Counted from the first letter of the stretch, positions 48,805 through 59,155 are shown. The stretch: DNA of 64,000 nt from an uncultured Butyrivibrio sp. (GCA_964405265.1 CAYONC010000006.1:38174-102173), one strand, 5' to 3'. A program made the numbers and translations. Notes: a model not told the origin generated them from the sequence alone.

Positions 48805-49604
48805 ACTCCCTCCACTTCCATACTTTTAAACTTTCTGCTTGCATACTTCATAAACACTGAATACACTCCCACCATTATCATGAAATCAAAAAGTATACCG
48901 AAAGAAAAATACAGCACTGCCATAAAAAGATATGATGCTTTAGCAATTATGAACAGATATAATATATATCTCACGAATCCAAACAGGAATGAAATACAGC
49001 CGAGTATAAAAAATGATGAGATTCTCAAAACGGCAACCCTCGTTATCAGGGAAGTGGTAAGCCAGTATATAACCATTATCATGAGCCATGCAACAATCTG
49101 CTGCTTCATATAAAATGAAGAATACTCATTAAGATCATACGGAAATCCGGCCGCATCAGCCACAACAAAATATATCGATGATATAAGATGTATATACAGG
49201 GCTATGGTTAAAAATATCATAACAGGCTTTTTATCACTTTTGATACGCGAGCATATTATAATAAGAACAAGCGTAACTATAACACTCAGAAATGACATTA
49301 TGAAAGACGGAGTCTTACCTTCCATTTCCACACAGTACACACCTCCGAATACCGGCAGGAAATCAGCCTCCCTTATTCCTGTGACATCACCGGTTATTCT
49401 CTCAAGTATGTCCGCGGCATAACGTGCCATAAAATGTGACAGGCCGTTATACAAAAACAAAAAGGCGACCACCATTGGAACAAGCACCAGAACAATCTGC
49501 AGCACATAAGCAGTCAGGTTCCTGTCCAGATGTCTGTAATCCCTTGAATAACTGATGTTTAACTTATTCTTATCTTCATTAACCATGTTAAGTTCCCTTT
49601 CCAC
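48789..49604 (-). CDS. Multi-pass membrane protein, unknown function, first gene of the polysaccharide cluster
   Basis: 271-aa hydrophobic ORF overlapping the GT2 start; SD upstream of GTG. Confidence 0.72.
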   Translation of the reverse strand: MERELNMVNEDKNKLNISYSRDYRHLDRNLTAYVLQIVLVLVPMVVAFLFLYNGLSHFMARYAADILERITGDVTGIREADFLPVFGGVYCVEMEGKTPSFIMSFLSVIVTLVLIIICSRIKSDKKPVMIFLTIALYIHLISSIYFVVADAAGFPYDLNEYSSFYMKQQIVAWLMIMVIYWLTTSLITRVAVLRISSFFILGCISFLFGFVRYILYLFIIAKASYLFMAVLYFSFGILFDFMIMVGVYSVFMKYASRKFKSMEVEGVWKWS

Positions 49605-49627
49605 ATCAATTCTTTCCTAAGTCTGCT

Positions 49628-49656
49628 ATTATACTAAAATGTATTATTTATGTCAA
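49628..49656 (-). promoter_or_regulatory. Consensus sigma-A promoter for the polysaccharide cluster
   Basis: Exact TTGACA-17 bp-TATAAT on the minus strand. Confidence 0.85.
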
Positions 49657-49685
49657 CGTTTTTATTACTAAACGGTCAATTATAC

Positions 49686-49730
49686 AAATATGCCGGCTAT
49701 CTTCCAAATGGCTGATAACCGGCATATTTT
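49686..49730. terminator. Hairpin terminator after the FtsX permease
   Basis: aaatatgccgg...ccggcatattt inverted repeat just past the stop. Confidence 0.65.
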
Positions 49731-49736
49731 ACACTT

Positions 49737-52157
49737 TTATTCTTTACTGAGACATTCCGCAATGTCCATCCGTCCGTTAATTTTTCTGAATATAAATACC
49801 ATTATTACCGTTACGGCAACAATACTGCATGCCGGAATAATGAATACATAAGGAAGTATTTCAAACAAAAATGAGCTGATAAGCGTCCGTATGTAAAAAT
49901 GTGCAATATAACAGCCTGCAAGCGACAGACCGGTACCTGCAATAACTGCCGTTACAGTGGTTATTATATATTCATAAGACATAAACAGCAGCAGTCTGTC
50001 ATCATCAACTCCCATTGCCTTCATGACGGCAACCTGTTTGCGGTTCTGCCTGAACTTATCAATATAGCTTACTAACGTATTTACGATAAGTATGGCAAGA
50101 AGAAGAGCACTTCCCGAATATACAACGGTGCTGATCATATTTTTCTGTTTCCTGATTTCTGCTTTTTCCCATGACAGATCCGATACGGACATATCGGAAC
50201 AGCCCTTGAAAAATTCCATGATGCTTTCATAATCCTCATCTGAATTAAAATACAGATACTGTGGATAATTATATCTGTAATTGGATATCCTCGAAAATAA
50301 ATTCATGTTAACAATAATTACCGGAAGATAATTACTGTCCTCTAACGGAAGATTAATTTCCGTTACGGTCTCCCTTACATTGAGTTCCTTTTTCTCATCA
50401 CTGCCGACAAATCCGATAACAAGCCGGTCCCCTTTCTCTATCCCTGTTTCAAATCCTGCTCCGTCCGGAGTCTTTACATGCTTAACGATGATACATTCAT
50501 CATCATCCAATGAAATACATGACTCCCCTTCAAGCTCATATGTATGTCTTAACATTTCTTCATCAGCACCAATGACAAAAAAGCCGGCAGTATACAGCCT
50601 GTCATCTATATGGTCAAGCTCAACCGCACTCTGTGCATCACTGTTTTTCAGATATTTTACAAACTCTGCGGATAAATCCGATTTCTTTACCTCAAGACTG
50701 TATGTCTGGGCAAAAAAAGGAAATAGTTCAAACATCCCGCTGTTTTTTTTCATTTCTTCATATTTAATATGGTTTGCTTCCGTTCCGTCAATCTGATCCG
50801 CAAAGGACGAATACGAATAATCCACCCTGTAATCATACCGGTATTCCCCACTGTCCCTGTAAATATAATGTGAGACATACATAAATAGCGAAGTAAATAC
50901 CATCGCCGCAACAAGTCCGAAAAGTGACATTACATATTTTCCGGAACGCATTGACATATTGAGCTTTGCCATTTGCAGAAACGGAAGCTTATATTCAGAC
51001 ACTGAAATCTTATATGTTTTTTTCCTTCTCTTTCTTCTGTCAATGTCATTCGCACCCGAAAGTGCGCCTGCCGTATCATGCGGCAGCATTTTTGCAAAAC
51101 CGACTGCCGAAAATGTGATACATCCTGCAATGTAAGGTATCACAATCCTTCCGGCCTTAGCAATAAATTTCATAACAGGAGCTGCTCCGAGAACTGATGA
51201 AGTAATAACCGCACCTGTAGCTGACAGTACAATGCCTGACGGCAGAAACAGCATTATAAGCATCATCAGAACAGCGCCGGTCATTTTTCTTCCCTGTATA
51301 CCCAATGCGTTATAAATTGCAGCATTTTTTATGTTATTCCTGCTCATAAGCGTAAATATTGACACAAACAGAATCACCATGAATATTATTATCACATAAA
51401 GCATGGCGTCACATGTACCTAAAAATATATCCGTAGTTTTGCCTTCAGCATTAATTCCCGCATACGCAAGGGCATCTTCATTGTAAGATATATTCTTTTC
51501 ATCAAGATGATATGTATGCATTAAGCGCTCTTTTTCCGCTGTCAGACTTCTGTCGGTCATACATAAAACAGAATAAAAATTTCCGGACATACCGGTATTT
51601 TTTTCACAGGCATCATAATTCATGATAAAGTCAGTCCTATATATGCCCACGTAACTCAGGTATTCATTGCTGCGTATAATCCCCGTTACACTGTAATCCC
51701 TGCCGTCAAGCGTAATTTTCAACAATTTTCCTTCTTCATACGACAGCCCGCACCGGTTAAGATAATCCTGTTCGCACAGTATTTCGTCTTCAGTTTCCGG
51801 AAATCTTCCGCTGACAAGTTCAATATCAGATAATCCGAAAACATCCTCTGATGCATATATTATTCTTCCTGTTCTGTCTTCCGTATAATCCGTATATAAC
51901 ACGGCTGTTTTATTCAGCTGAGTATCATCTGCCATTTCCCGTGCAGTCTGATGCGAAACATCATATATATACAACCGGTATGAACCGTATGTTTCATATC
52001 CCTGTCTTATATTTTTTTCGGTTGAAATTTCTCTGTAACCCACATATGACAGCATAAATGCCATACTGAATACAGTAACAAAAAAAAGCAATACTCCGGG
52101 CTTCAAATTCCGCCTGAAGGACTTGCCGATTAAAGAGCTTATTCCGTGTACCATCAT
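49737..52157 (-). CDS. FtsX/MacB-like ABC permease (two repeats)
   Basis: ELVSGRFPE..DEIL, AAIYNALGI, QVAVMKAMGV; two TM clusters. Confidence 0.85.
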   Translation of the reverse strand: MMVHGISSLIGKSFRRNLKPGVLLFFVTVFSMAFMLSYVGYREISTEKNIRQGYETYGSYRLYIYDVSHQTAREMADDTQLNKTAVLYTDYTEDRTGRIIYASEDVFGLSDIELVSGRFPETEDEILCEQDYLNRCGLSYEEGKLLKITLDGRDYSVTGIIRSNEYLSYVGIYRTDFIMNYDACEKNTGMSGNFYSVLCMTDRSLTAEKERLMHTYHLDEKNISYNEDALAYAGINAEGKTTDIFLGTCDAMLYVIIIFMVILFVSIFTLMSRNNIKNAAIYNALGIQGRKMTGAVLMMLIMLFLPSGIVLSATGAVITSSVLGAAPVMKFIAKAGRIVIPYIAGCITFSAVGFAKMLPHDTAGALSGANDIDRRKRRKKTYKISVSEYKLPFLQMAKLNMSMRSGKYVMSLFGLVAAMVFTSLFMYVSHYIYRDSGEYRYDYRVDYSYSSFADQIDGTEANHIKYEEMKKNSGMFELFPFFAQTYSLEVKKSDLSAEFVKYLKNSDAQSAVELDHIDDRLYTAGFFVIGADEEMLRHTYELEGESCISLDDDECIIVKHVKTPDGAGFETGIEKGDRLVIGFVGSDEKKELNVRETVTEINLPLEDSNYLPVIIVNMNLFSRISNYRYNYPQYLYFNSDEDYESIMEFFKGCSDMSVSDLSWEKAEIRKQKNMISTVVYSGSALLLAILIVNTLVSYIDKFRQNRKQVAVMKAMGVDDDRLLLFMSYEYIITTVTAVIAGTGLSLAGCYIAHFYIRTLISSFLFEILPYVFIIPACSIVAVTVIMVFIFRKINGRMDIAECLSKE

Positions 52158-52166
52158 AATCACCCC

Positions 52167-52829
52167 TTAAACGATTTTTTTGTCTGATGTAAATCTTCTC
52201 ACGCTGTCAGCATAACGTGTCAGCGATTCATCATGTGTTACATACACAAGTGCGATTCCATACTCTTCACAGCACCGGTTAAGCAGTTCCATCACGCTCC
52301 TGCTGTTTTCTTCATCAAGATTACCCGTTGCTTCATCAGAAAAAATTATCCGCGGAGTTCCGACAATGGCACGTGCTATTGCCACACGCTGCATTTCTCC
52401 TCCGGACAGCTGGTGCGGGAGATGATTCATCCTGTGACTGAGATTAAGTATTTCGCATATGTCCTTTATTCTTTCCATATCCGGTTTTTGTTTTTTTGCA
52501 AGAACCGGAACCAGAATATTATCAGACACGGTAAGTGTTGAAATCAGGTGGTATGCCTGAAAAATAAAGCCAAAGCTGTTAAGACGCAGGTCTGTCAGCT
52601 TGGATGCTTTCATCGCTGACATTTCTTTGCCCTCAAAGAAAAGCTTTCCCGAATCACATTTCGTAAGTCCGCTTAATACGTTGAGAAGCGTGCTTTTACC
52701 TGTTCCAGATGGTCCGAGAACCGCAACCTTTTCTCCCTCGTCAACAGAAAAATCAATGTTGTCCAGTACCTTTATTTCATTGTCACCGAGATAAAAACTC
52801 TTTGATATATTTTCAGCTTTTAATAACAT
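52167..52829 (-). CDS. ABC ATP-binding protein (LolD/MacB type)
   Basis: [39 protein letters not shown]. Confidence 0.93.
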   Translation of the reverse strand: MLLKAENISKSFYLGDNEIKVLDNIDFSVDEGEKVAVLGPSGTGKSTLLNVLSGLTKCDSGKLFFEGKEMSAMKASKLTDLRLNSFGFIFQAYHLISTLTVSDNILVPVLAKKQKPDMERIKDICEILNLSHRMNHLPHQLSGGEMQRVAIARAIVGTPRIIFSDEATGNLDEENSRSVMELLNRCCEEYGIALVYVTHDESLTRYADSVRRFTSDKKIV

Positions 52830-52833
52830 AATT

Positions 52834-53436
52834 TTACTCCTGACCATAATATGGATTGTACGGTGTAGTAACCACCGCATGTTCGCTTAAATCATATGAA
52901 TATTTAATATTTTTTGCTATCCTGTTGCTCATGTAAACCGTTATTTTATATTCCTTGAGATGTTCTGCAATCGCTTCATCATCCATTCCCGGACAGTACA
53001 TGAGACACATAAAACATCCGACATTTTCACTGACAACTCTTGAATATAATGTTTCAACACTAACGTCGAACGGATATGCATAACTCAACATTGACTCATT
53101 TCCGTTATATTCTATGTAGCAGCCTGTTATATCATACTCAAGGAAACTTTTATTTTCAAAATCCACAAACACATATATCTCGCGATAATCATCTGCAATA
53201 TCCGATGGAAATCTGTCCTCCGTACGGAAATACACCCATGTATCATCATCCGGATCAGAATAATACTTAATGAGTTCATCAAGCTCTTCCTGTTCAATCT
53301 CTGATATCCACATTGTGATGTCATATCCCTTGACTCCATAACGGGTCTGATATGTAAACAGTCCTGCCAATGTGCCTATAAGCACTATCAATACGGATAT
53401 AACAATAAATGCTTTTGAATGTATAAGTTTCTTCAT
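52834..53436 (-). CDS. Membrane-anchored acidic hypothetical protein
   Basis: 200-aa ORF with one N-terminal TM, within the operon. Confidence 0.7.
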   Translation of the reverse strand: MKKLIHSKAFIVISVLIVLIGTLAGLFTYQTRYGVKGYDITMWISEIEQEELDELIKYYSDPDDDTWVYFRTEDRFPSDIADDYREIYVFVDFENKSFLEYDITGCYIEYNGNESMLSYAYPFDVSVETLYSRVVSENVGCFMCLMYCPGMDDEAIAEHLKEYKITVYMSNRIAKNIKYSYDLSEHAVVTTPYNPYYGQE

Positions 53437-53450
53437 GCTGTTTCAACTCC

Positions 53451-54736
53451 TTAATCCCATCGTATAGCTTCCGTCGGACGTATTTTGGATGCCGTAAGTG
53501 CCGGTATAAAGCAGAATACAATTCCCTGCAATATGGAAATACCGAACATGGACAGTATAAGCTTTCCGCTCAGTATCAGTCTTATTTCCATATATAAATG
53601 TCCAATAAGATATGATGTTGCCAGATTGCAGATAATAACACCGAAAAACAATGTCACAAACCCTGCTGCCAGTGCCGTAATTATTCCTTCTATTATAAAC
53701 TGACAGACAATATCTGTTTCGGAAGCTCCCAGTGCACGCCTGATTCCTATTTCATATGTTCTTTCTTTTACCGAAAAAATATAAATTGTAACTATCATAA
53801 AACCGGATATCACAATCAGTACAACTATTATTGCATTAATAAATCCATGTATTTTTATTTCCAGATTCCTTACTTCTTTAACAAGCCGATTCTGTGAAAC
53901 AATGCCCGCATTAATGTCATAAACAACGGATTTTTCGCTCAGCTCATCAATCAGACTGTCAATATCACCATCCTGCAGCAATCCCGTATTCACAATATAT
54001 CTTTCTTCAGTACTGCTTTCTTCTCCCATATTATTGACATAATTATATGTCGTGTATGCAACGGACGTATTGCTGTATTTTACGGTATTACCCTGTTCCA
54101 GCAGCTTATTAAATTCTAAATTCATGCTGCGTCTTGAAGGCAAATCTTCTATTACTGCCACTACAACAAACCTGTCATATCCGTCCGGAGATATTACATC
54201 TAAATACTCCCCTACCGCATTTTCTTTTTGAAACCAGAATATAGCAGTGCTTCTTTCGATAATTATACAATTATCGCCTTTTTTTATATTTTCTTCCGAG
54301 AAATCCGCGCCATAAAGAATCTCTGCTCTTGCCAGTGATATATATTCATCTCCGATATAAGGAATTGCCGTATCTGATATGCCGGCATCTAATCCTATGA
54401 GATTTACCGAATTGATTACCTCAATGTTCTTGTATTGATAATCCCTATTGACAGTATATGCGCTTCCTATAATGTTGCATCTGCCAACAGACAGATTATC
54501 ATCATAGTTCTGTATTTCTTCTATTATCCTGCCCTCTTCATCATACACAAGAAAACTGTTTTCATCAAAATTACAGGCTTCCTTATACAAACTGTTAATA
54601 TAACCGTCCACAGCTGCATTTCCAAGCAGATAAACAAACAATCCGAGGTTATTCCCGTAAGCGTAAGGAGAAACCTTGTTTTATTTCTAAACATATACAG
54701 GATGTTTAACCTTAAATATAATAATATTTTTTTCAT
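53451..54736 (-). pseudogene. MacB-like ABC permease split by a single-base frameshift near 54647
   Basis: N-terminal MKKILLYLRLNILYMFRNKTRFLLTLTGIT continues in another frame as (L)GLFVYLLGNAA...ERTYEIGIRRALGA; adding one C (acc-ctc-gga) restores the frame. Confidence 0.8.
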
Positions 54737-55386
54737 GTCAACACCCCGTCCCGCAATGTCAGTATTCTGTCTGTCCCTAATTCATCATGTAAATTATGGG
54801 TAACAAGTATTACGGTCTTTCCCTCTCCGGCAAGCTGTTTTAAAATGTTAAACGTTACGCTGCTGTTATTTGTATCCAGATTTCCCGTAGGCTCATCCGC
54901 AAGTATTATATTGGGGTTTAACGATAACGCCCTGGCTATTGAAACCCTTTGCTTTTCACCACCGGATAAAAACTGTACAGGAACATCGGCAAGCTGCTTT
55001 ATACCCAGTCTTTCGGTAAGTTCATCAATCCTTGCGGCATACTCCTTATCCATTTTTTCCTTGGAGTACAATAACGGCATATATATATTTTCAATGGCCG
55101 TCATGTGGCTTACAAGATTGTATGCCTGAAATATAAAGCCCATATTTTTTGACCTTATACCACTGATACCGTCATCACGCAGTTTTGACACATTTCTGCC
55201 GTCAATACGGATTTCTCCTTCATATTGTCTGTCCAGCAGCCCTATGAGATTCAGCAGTGTACTTTTTCCGGCTCCCGATTCCCCTATAATCTGTGCATAC
55301 TCTCCTTTATGAAACTTTATATTTAACCCATCCAGTACATATCTCTTTCCGTCAAAGGTTTTTCTCACATTGCACAGTTCAATCAT
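54733..55386 (-). CDS. ABC ATP-binding protein (LolD/MacB type)
   Basis: GESGAGKST, FIFQAYNL, LSGGEKQRVSIARA, LADEPTGNLD. Confidence 0.93.
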   Translation of the reverse strand: MIELCNVRKTFDGKRYVLDGLNIKFHKGEYAQIIGESGAGKSTLLNLIGLLDRQYEGEIRIDGRNVSKLRDDGISGIRSKNMGFIFQAYNLVSHMTAIENIYMPLLYSKEKMDKEYAARIDELTERLGIKQLADVPVQFLSGGEKQRVSIARALSLNPNIILADEPTGNLDTNNSSVTFNILKQLAGEGKTVILVTHNLHDELGTDRILTLRDGVLT

Positions 55387-56258
55387 TCTGATACTCCCTG
55401 ACTGTTATTCAAATAATATTTTAATGACATTTCATCTCTCGGAAGGCTGATGCAGTCGTTCTCGCTGACTCCTGAGATTACTTCAACCATTTTATCCCCT
55501 ATAATTCCGACTTCGACGGTTCTGCTTATTGTTTTCTCTCCTTCTACGACCAGCAGTCTGTATTTGTCTTCATACTCCGAATATATTACATATTCTAACG
55601 GTACCGCCGTTACGTTTTCTTTCTGCTGAATTATTATATTGGCACTGCATTCCGTTCCGGGTCTTAAAAGTATTTCTTCACTATTATATACAATTTTTGT
55701 ATTAACAAAGCCGTCGACACAATATCCGCTTAGAAATGATATATTTCCCGAAAAGACTCTATCGTTACAGGTAACGGTAATTTCCTTATTATAAAGCGAT
55801 TCCGCAGCATACTTTTCGGGAATTTTTATTTCAATAAATAATTTACCGTAATCCATAAATTCAAACTTAATGCCATCTGCATAATCAGTTATTTCCACAC
55901 AATACATTTTACTGTCAGCCTTGTACTCTTTTCCGTTATATGAGGCATAAACCGTTCCTTTGTCTATTGTGTCGCCCTTCTTAACATATTTACTTACGTC
56001 CGCCGGTTTTCCTTCAATATACACATCAACCATTTCTTCTGCATAAACCGGCATAACACTGCCAAGAACATTAAGAGACTGAACAATATCTTCACGTGTT
56101 ACCATGTATATTTCATCATCAGTGCCCGAAAGAATAATATCTTCTTCCAATGTTACTTTATAATTTGTATCTGACTTATACATCAAATATATGGAATATG
56201 AACAGAGTGCCATAATAATTCCCATAAACATAAGTAATCCAATTTTTTTAACATACAC
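55383..56258 (-). CDS. Membrane-fusion/adaptor-like subunit (MacA/YknX-like)
   Basis: N-terminal TM, VKKGDTIDKG lipoyl-like motif, AVPLEYV, RTVEVGIIGDKMVEVISGV. Confidence 0.75.
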   Translation of the reverse strand: MYVKKIGLLMFMGIIMALCSYSIYLMYKSDTNYKVTLEEDIILSGTDDEIYMVTREDIVQSLNVLGSVMPVYAEEMVDVYIEGKPADVSKYVKKGDTIDKGTVYASYNGKEYKADSKMYCVEITDYADGIKFEFMDYGKLFIEIKIPEKYAAESLYNKEITVTCNDRVFSGNISFLSGYCVDGFVNTKIVYNSEEILLRPGTECSANIIIQQKENVTAVPLEYVIYSEYEDKYRLLVVEGEKTISRTVEVGIIGDKMVEVISGVSENDCISLPRDEMSLKYYLNNSQGVSE

Positions 56259-56263
56259 TCTCC

Positions 56264-57133
56264 TTATAAAGCATCAATATATCTTTTGATGTTGCCGTAA
56301 TCCATATAATCCTTCCATATATATACCCCCGGTGTATATACCCACAGATAATCCTGACCATCATGTTCATAAATAATAACCTGTGATACCCTTATAATAT
56401 TGTCTTCAAATACATTTTCCTTAAAGTTCAGTAAGTATTCAAAATCAATATCCTGATCTTTTTTTGCGTCAATGTCTATATTATTACTGTCAATTCGATT
56501 TCCGTTTGCTTCTAAGTCTTTTATTTCCAAATAATCAGTCAGCTCATAGCTTTTTATTTTCATGTCCTTATTCCCGCTGACCATTAAATCAAGTCTTCTT
56601 TTCTCATTAGGAACATAACCGTAGATACCGGTAAAACCACCGCTGATAAAAATTGCATTGTCCTCCACCTGACAGTTTTTGTTTTCACAATAATAAGTTG
56701 TATTTTTTATATTAATATATGGTGTCACGTACTCCACAAGCTGACCGTCGATTTCAAGAAATAATTTATTAATATTAACGTCTATTGCTTCATCATAGCT
56801 TTCACACATAACATCTAATAATACATAGTAAATATAATATCCGTTATATACTTTATAATCGTCAACATCTATGTCCGCTTCAACCGATATCAGTTCATTG
56901 TTATCGGATACAAACCCGTTAAAGGTTATACTTTTAACACGTTTGTTCATAATAACCGGACATGAAAATCCATTTTCTTTATTTTCTTCAATACATAAGG
57001 AATATCTGGGTATATCTCCGCCCCAAAATTCAAGTTCTACATCTTCATTAGATTTACGACATCCTGAAAGCAATACCAGAAGCATCTGTAATACGAGGAC
57101 AGTTAATATAACTTTCTTCAAATGTTTTATCAT
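56264..57133 (-). CDS. Lipoprotein, unknown function
   Basis: Lipobox LLSGC; GAGGAG SD. Confidence 0.75.
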   Translation of the reverse strand: MIKHLKKVILTVLVLQMLLVLLSGCRKSNEDVELEFWGGDIPRYSLCIEENKENGFSCPVIMNKRVKSITFNGFVSDNNELISVEADIDVDDYKVYNGYYIYYVLLDVMCESYDEAIDVNINKLFLEIDGQLVEYVTPYINIKNTTYYCENKNCQVEDNAIFISGGFTGIYGYVPNEKRRLDLMVSGNKDMKIKSYELTDYLEIKDLEANGNRIDSNNIDIDAKKDQDIDFEYLLNFKENVFEDNIIRVSQVIIYEHDGQDYLWVYTPGVYIWKDYMDYGNIKRYIDAL

Positions 57134-57452
57134 ATGTTTTCTCCTCTTTTATTAAATTTTTTTCTCATGCATTTGTAAAAAATCCTCATTACGCATAATC
57201 ATATCCGGCATATACGCTGTCATATTACTCAGGTGTTAATACGTATAATGAGATACAATGCATATACAGTGTCATTACAACACCGGTTCTAAAATATTGC
57301 TCATTATGGGAAAATGTTTGAAGCTAAAGAATATATTGCCGCACATACACCCATAAGAGTGCTCTCGACAATGATTAAGAATTGTTTAATTTCATTATTC
57401 TTCCTCTCAATCCGTCTTATTTTTATTCATATCACCGATCAATGACAGAAAC

Positions 57453-57481
57453 AATGTAGCATATCATCCGTATCATATCAA
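57453..57481 (-). promoter_or_regulatory. Candidate promoter of the ABC exporter locus
   Basis: TTGATA-17 bp-TACATT with extended TG on the minus strand. Confidence 0.45.
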
Positions 57482-57513
57482 CCATTTTTTGGATTTTTTT
57501 GTATTTTTCAGTC

Positions 57514-57545
57514 GAATATGCCATAACAGCTGTTATGACATATTC
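57514..57545. repeat. 32-bp loopless near-perfect palindrome (candidate operator)
   Basis: gaatatgCcataacagctgttatgAcatattc; one mismatched pair. Confidence 0.8.
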
Positions 57546-57556
57546 AAACATCATTT

Positions 57557-57585
57557 AAAAGAAAGCCCGGCAAAACCGGGCTTCT
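57557..57585 (-). terminator. Intrinsic terminator after citrate synthase
   Basis: aagcccgg-loop-ccgggctt with a T-rich tail on the minus strand. Confidence 0.8.
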
Positions 57586-57593
57586 CAATATAA

Positions 57594-58949
57594 TCAGCGT
57601 CTGTCACGCTCCACATATTCTTTTTTACTTACAAGGCTTTTGTACGCCGGACGAATTATCTTATCGACAGATACCAGTTCTTCTATTCTGTGGGCACTCC
57701 ATCCGACAATTCTTGCTATTGCAAAAAGCGGCGTAAACAGTTCAACCGGTATATCAAGCATATCATATACAAAACCGCTGTAAAAATCCACGTTCGGACT
57801 TACTCCCTTATATATCTTCCTCTTACCGGTAATAAGCTCTATTGCATTCTTTTCAACAATATTATAAAAATGCATATCCTTATCCCTGCCCTTGTGCTTC
57901 GCAAGGCGTTCAACATATCCTTTAAAAATCACCTCTCTCGGGTCAGACAGCGAATATACGGCATGACCCATGCCATAAATAAGTCCTTTTCCGTCAAAAG
58001 CTTCCTTATTGAGAATCCTGTCAAGATATGCCCTCACTTCTTCCTCGTCTTCACAGTCCTTAACATTGGCCCTGATATTCTCCATCATCTTCATTACCAT
58101 TATATTGGCCCCACCGTGCTTCTTTCCTTTCAGTGATGAAAGTGCTGCAGCTATTGAAGAATATGTATCCGAGCCCGATGATGTAACAACCCTCGTTGTA
58201 AATGTAGAGTTATTCCCTCCTCCATGCTCCATATGAAGTAAAAGTGCCACATCAAGTACCTTGGCCTCAAGCTCGGTATAGCTCATGTCCGGTCTTAACA
58301 TTCTTAAAAAATTCTCTGCAATGGATAACTCGGGATTAGGGCGGTGTATATACATGCTTCCATCCTTTTCATAATGATTGTATGCGTGGTATGCATATAC
58401 TGCAAGCATAGGGAATACACTTATAAGCTGTATGCTCTGCCTCAGAACGTTACGCACGTCAAGGTCTCCCGACTGTCTGTCATAAGAAGCAAGCGTAAGA
58501 ACACTTCTTGTCATTGAATTCATTATATCGTTACTCGGTGCTTTCATAATAACGTCTCTTGTGAAATTAGTAGGCATCTCCATGCTTTCCGTTATTATCT
58601 CACGGAAAGCAGAAAGTTCCTTTTCCGTAGGAAGCTCACCGAATAAAAGAAGATATGCCGCCTCTTCAAAAACATACTTATTGCCGACATTACCGTTTAC
58701 AAGGTCCTTAACATTATATCCCCTGTAATACAGTTCTCCGTCACACGGCACCTTCACTCCGTCCACCTCACGGAAGGCATCTATTTCCGATATATTGGTA
58801 AGTCCCGTCAATACACCCTTACCGTTAATATCCCTTAATCCCATATTGCATCCGTATTCCTGAAAAAGCTCCTTGTCTATCGCATCATTCTCATAACACA
58901 GATGTACCTTATCAACCGTATATTGTCCGATTTTATCTGAATAAGCCAT
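57594..58949 (-). CDS. gltA: Citrate synthase (Si-type, citrate/2-methylcitrate synthase family)
   Basis: GELYYRGY, MEHGGGNNSTF, HGGAN, GMGHAVY, PNVDFYSG, FAIARIVGWSAH. Confidence 0.92.
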   Translation of the reverse strand: MAYSDKIGQYTVDKVHLCYENDAIDKELFQEYGCNMGLRDINGKGVLTGLTNISEIDAFREVDGVKVPCDGELYYRGYNVKDLVNGNVGNKYVFEEAAYLLLFGELPTEKELSAFREIITESMEMPTNFTRDVIMKAPSNDIMNSMTRSVLTLASYDRQSGDLDVRNVLRQSIQLISVFPMLAVYAYHAYNHYEKDGSMYIHRPNPELSIAENFLRMLRPDMSYTELEAKVLDVALLLHMEHGGGNNSTFTTRVVTSSGSDTYSSIAAALSSLKGKKHGGANIMVMKMMENIRANVKDCEDEEEVRAYLDRILNKEAFDGKGLIYGMGHAVYSLSDPREVIFKGYVERLAKHKGRDKDMHFYNIVEKNAIELITGKRKIYKGVSPNVDFYSGFVYDMLDIPVELFTPLFAIARIVGWSAHRIEELVSVDKIIRPAYKSLVSKKEYVERDRR

Positions 58950-58977
58950 ATTAGCCCCCTTTTTCTAAATAATGTAT

Positions 58978-59007
58978 ATTATATAATACATTTCTGAATT
59001 ACGTCAA
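58978..59007 (-). promoter_or_regulatory. Promoter for citrate synthase
   Basis: TTGACG-18 bp-TATAAT on the minus strand. Confidence 0.6.
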
Positions 59008-59155
59008 CCCCGACAAGGTCCTTTCATTCGACTATTGTCGGTTTCCTACGTCTTTTATAATTATTAACATGAATAGATAAAATAAAATATTTACCCAATG
59101 TAACTTTATATGATAAAATACTTTTATAAGTATATGCACCTCAAGGAGAACATTT

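Noticed and set aside
54524-54736. Independent 70-aa gene
   Set aside because: Its first 30 aa are the N-terminus of the frameshifted permease
57170-57300. Tiny ORFs and an imperfect direct repeat (gcatatac..tgtcat) upstream of the lipoprotein
   Set aside because: ORFs of 9-23 aa lack an SD; the two-copy repeat is too short to call a binding site
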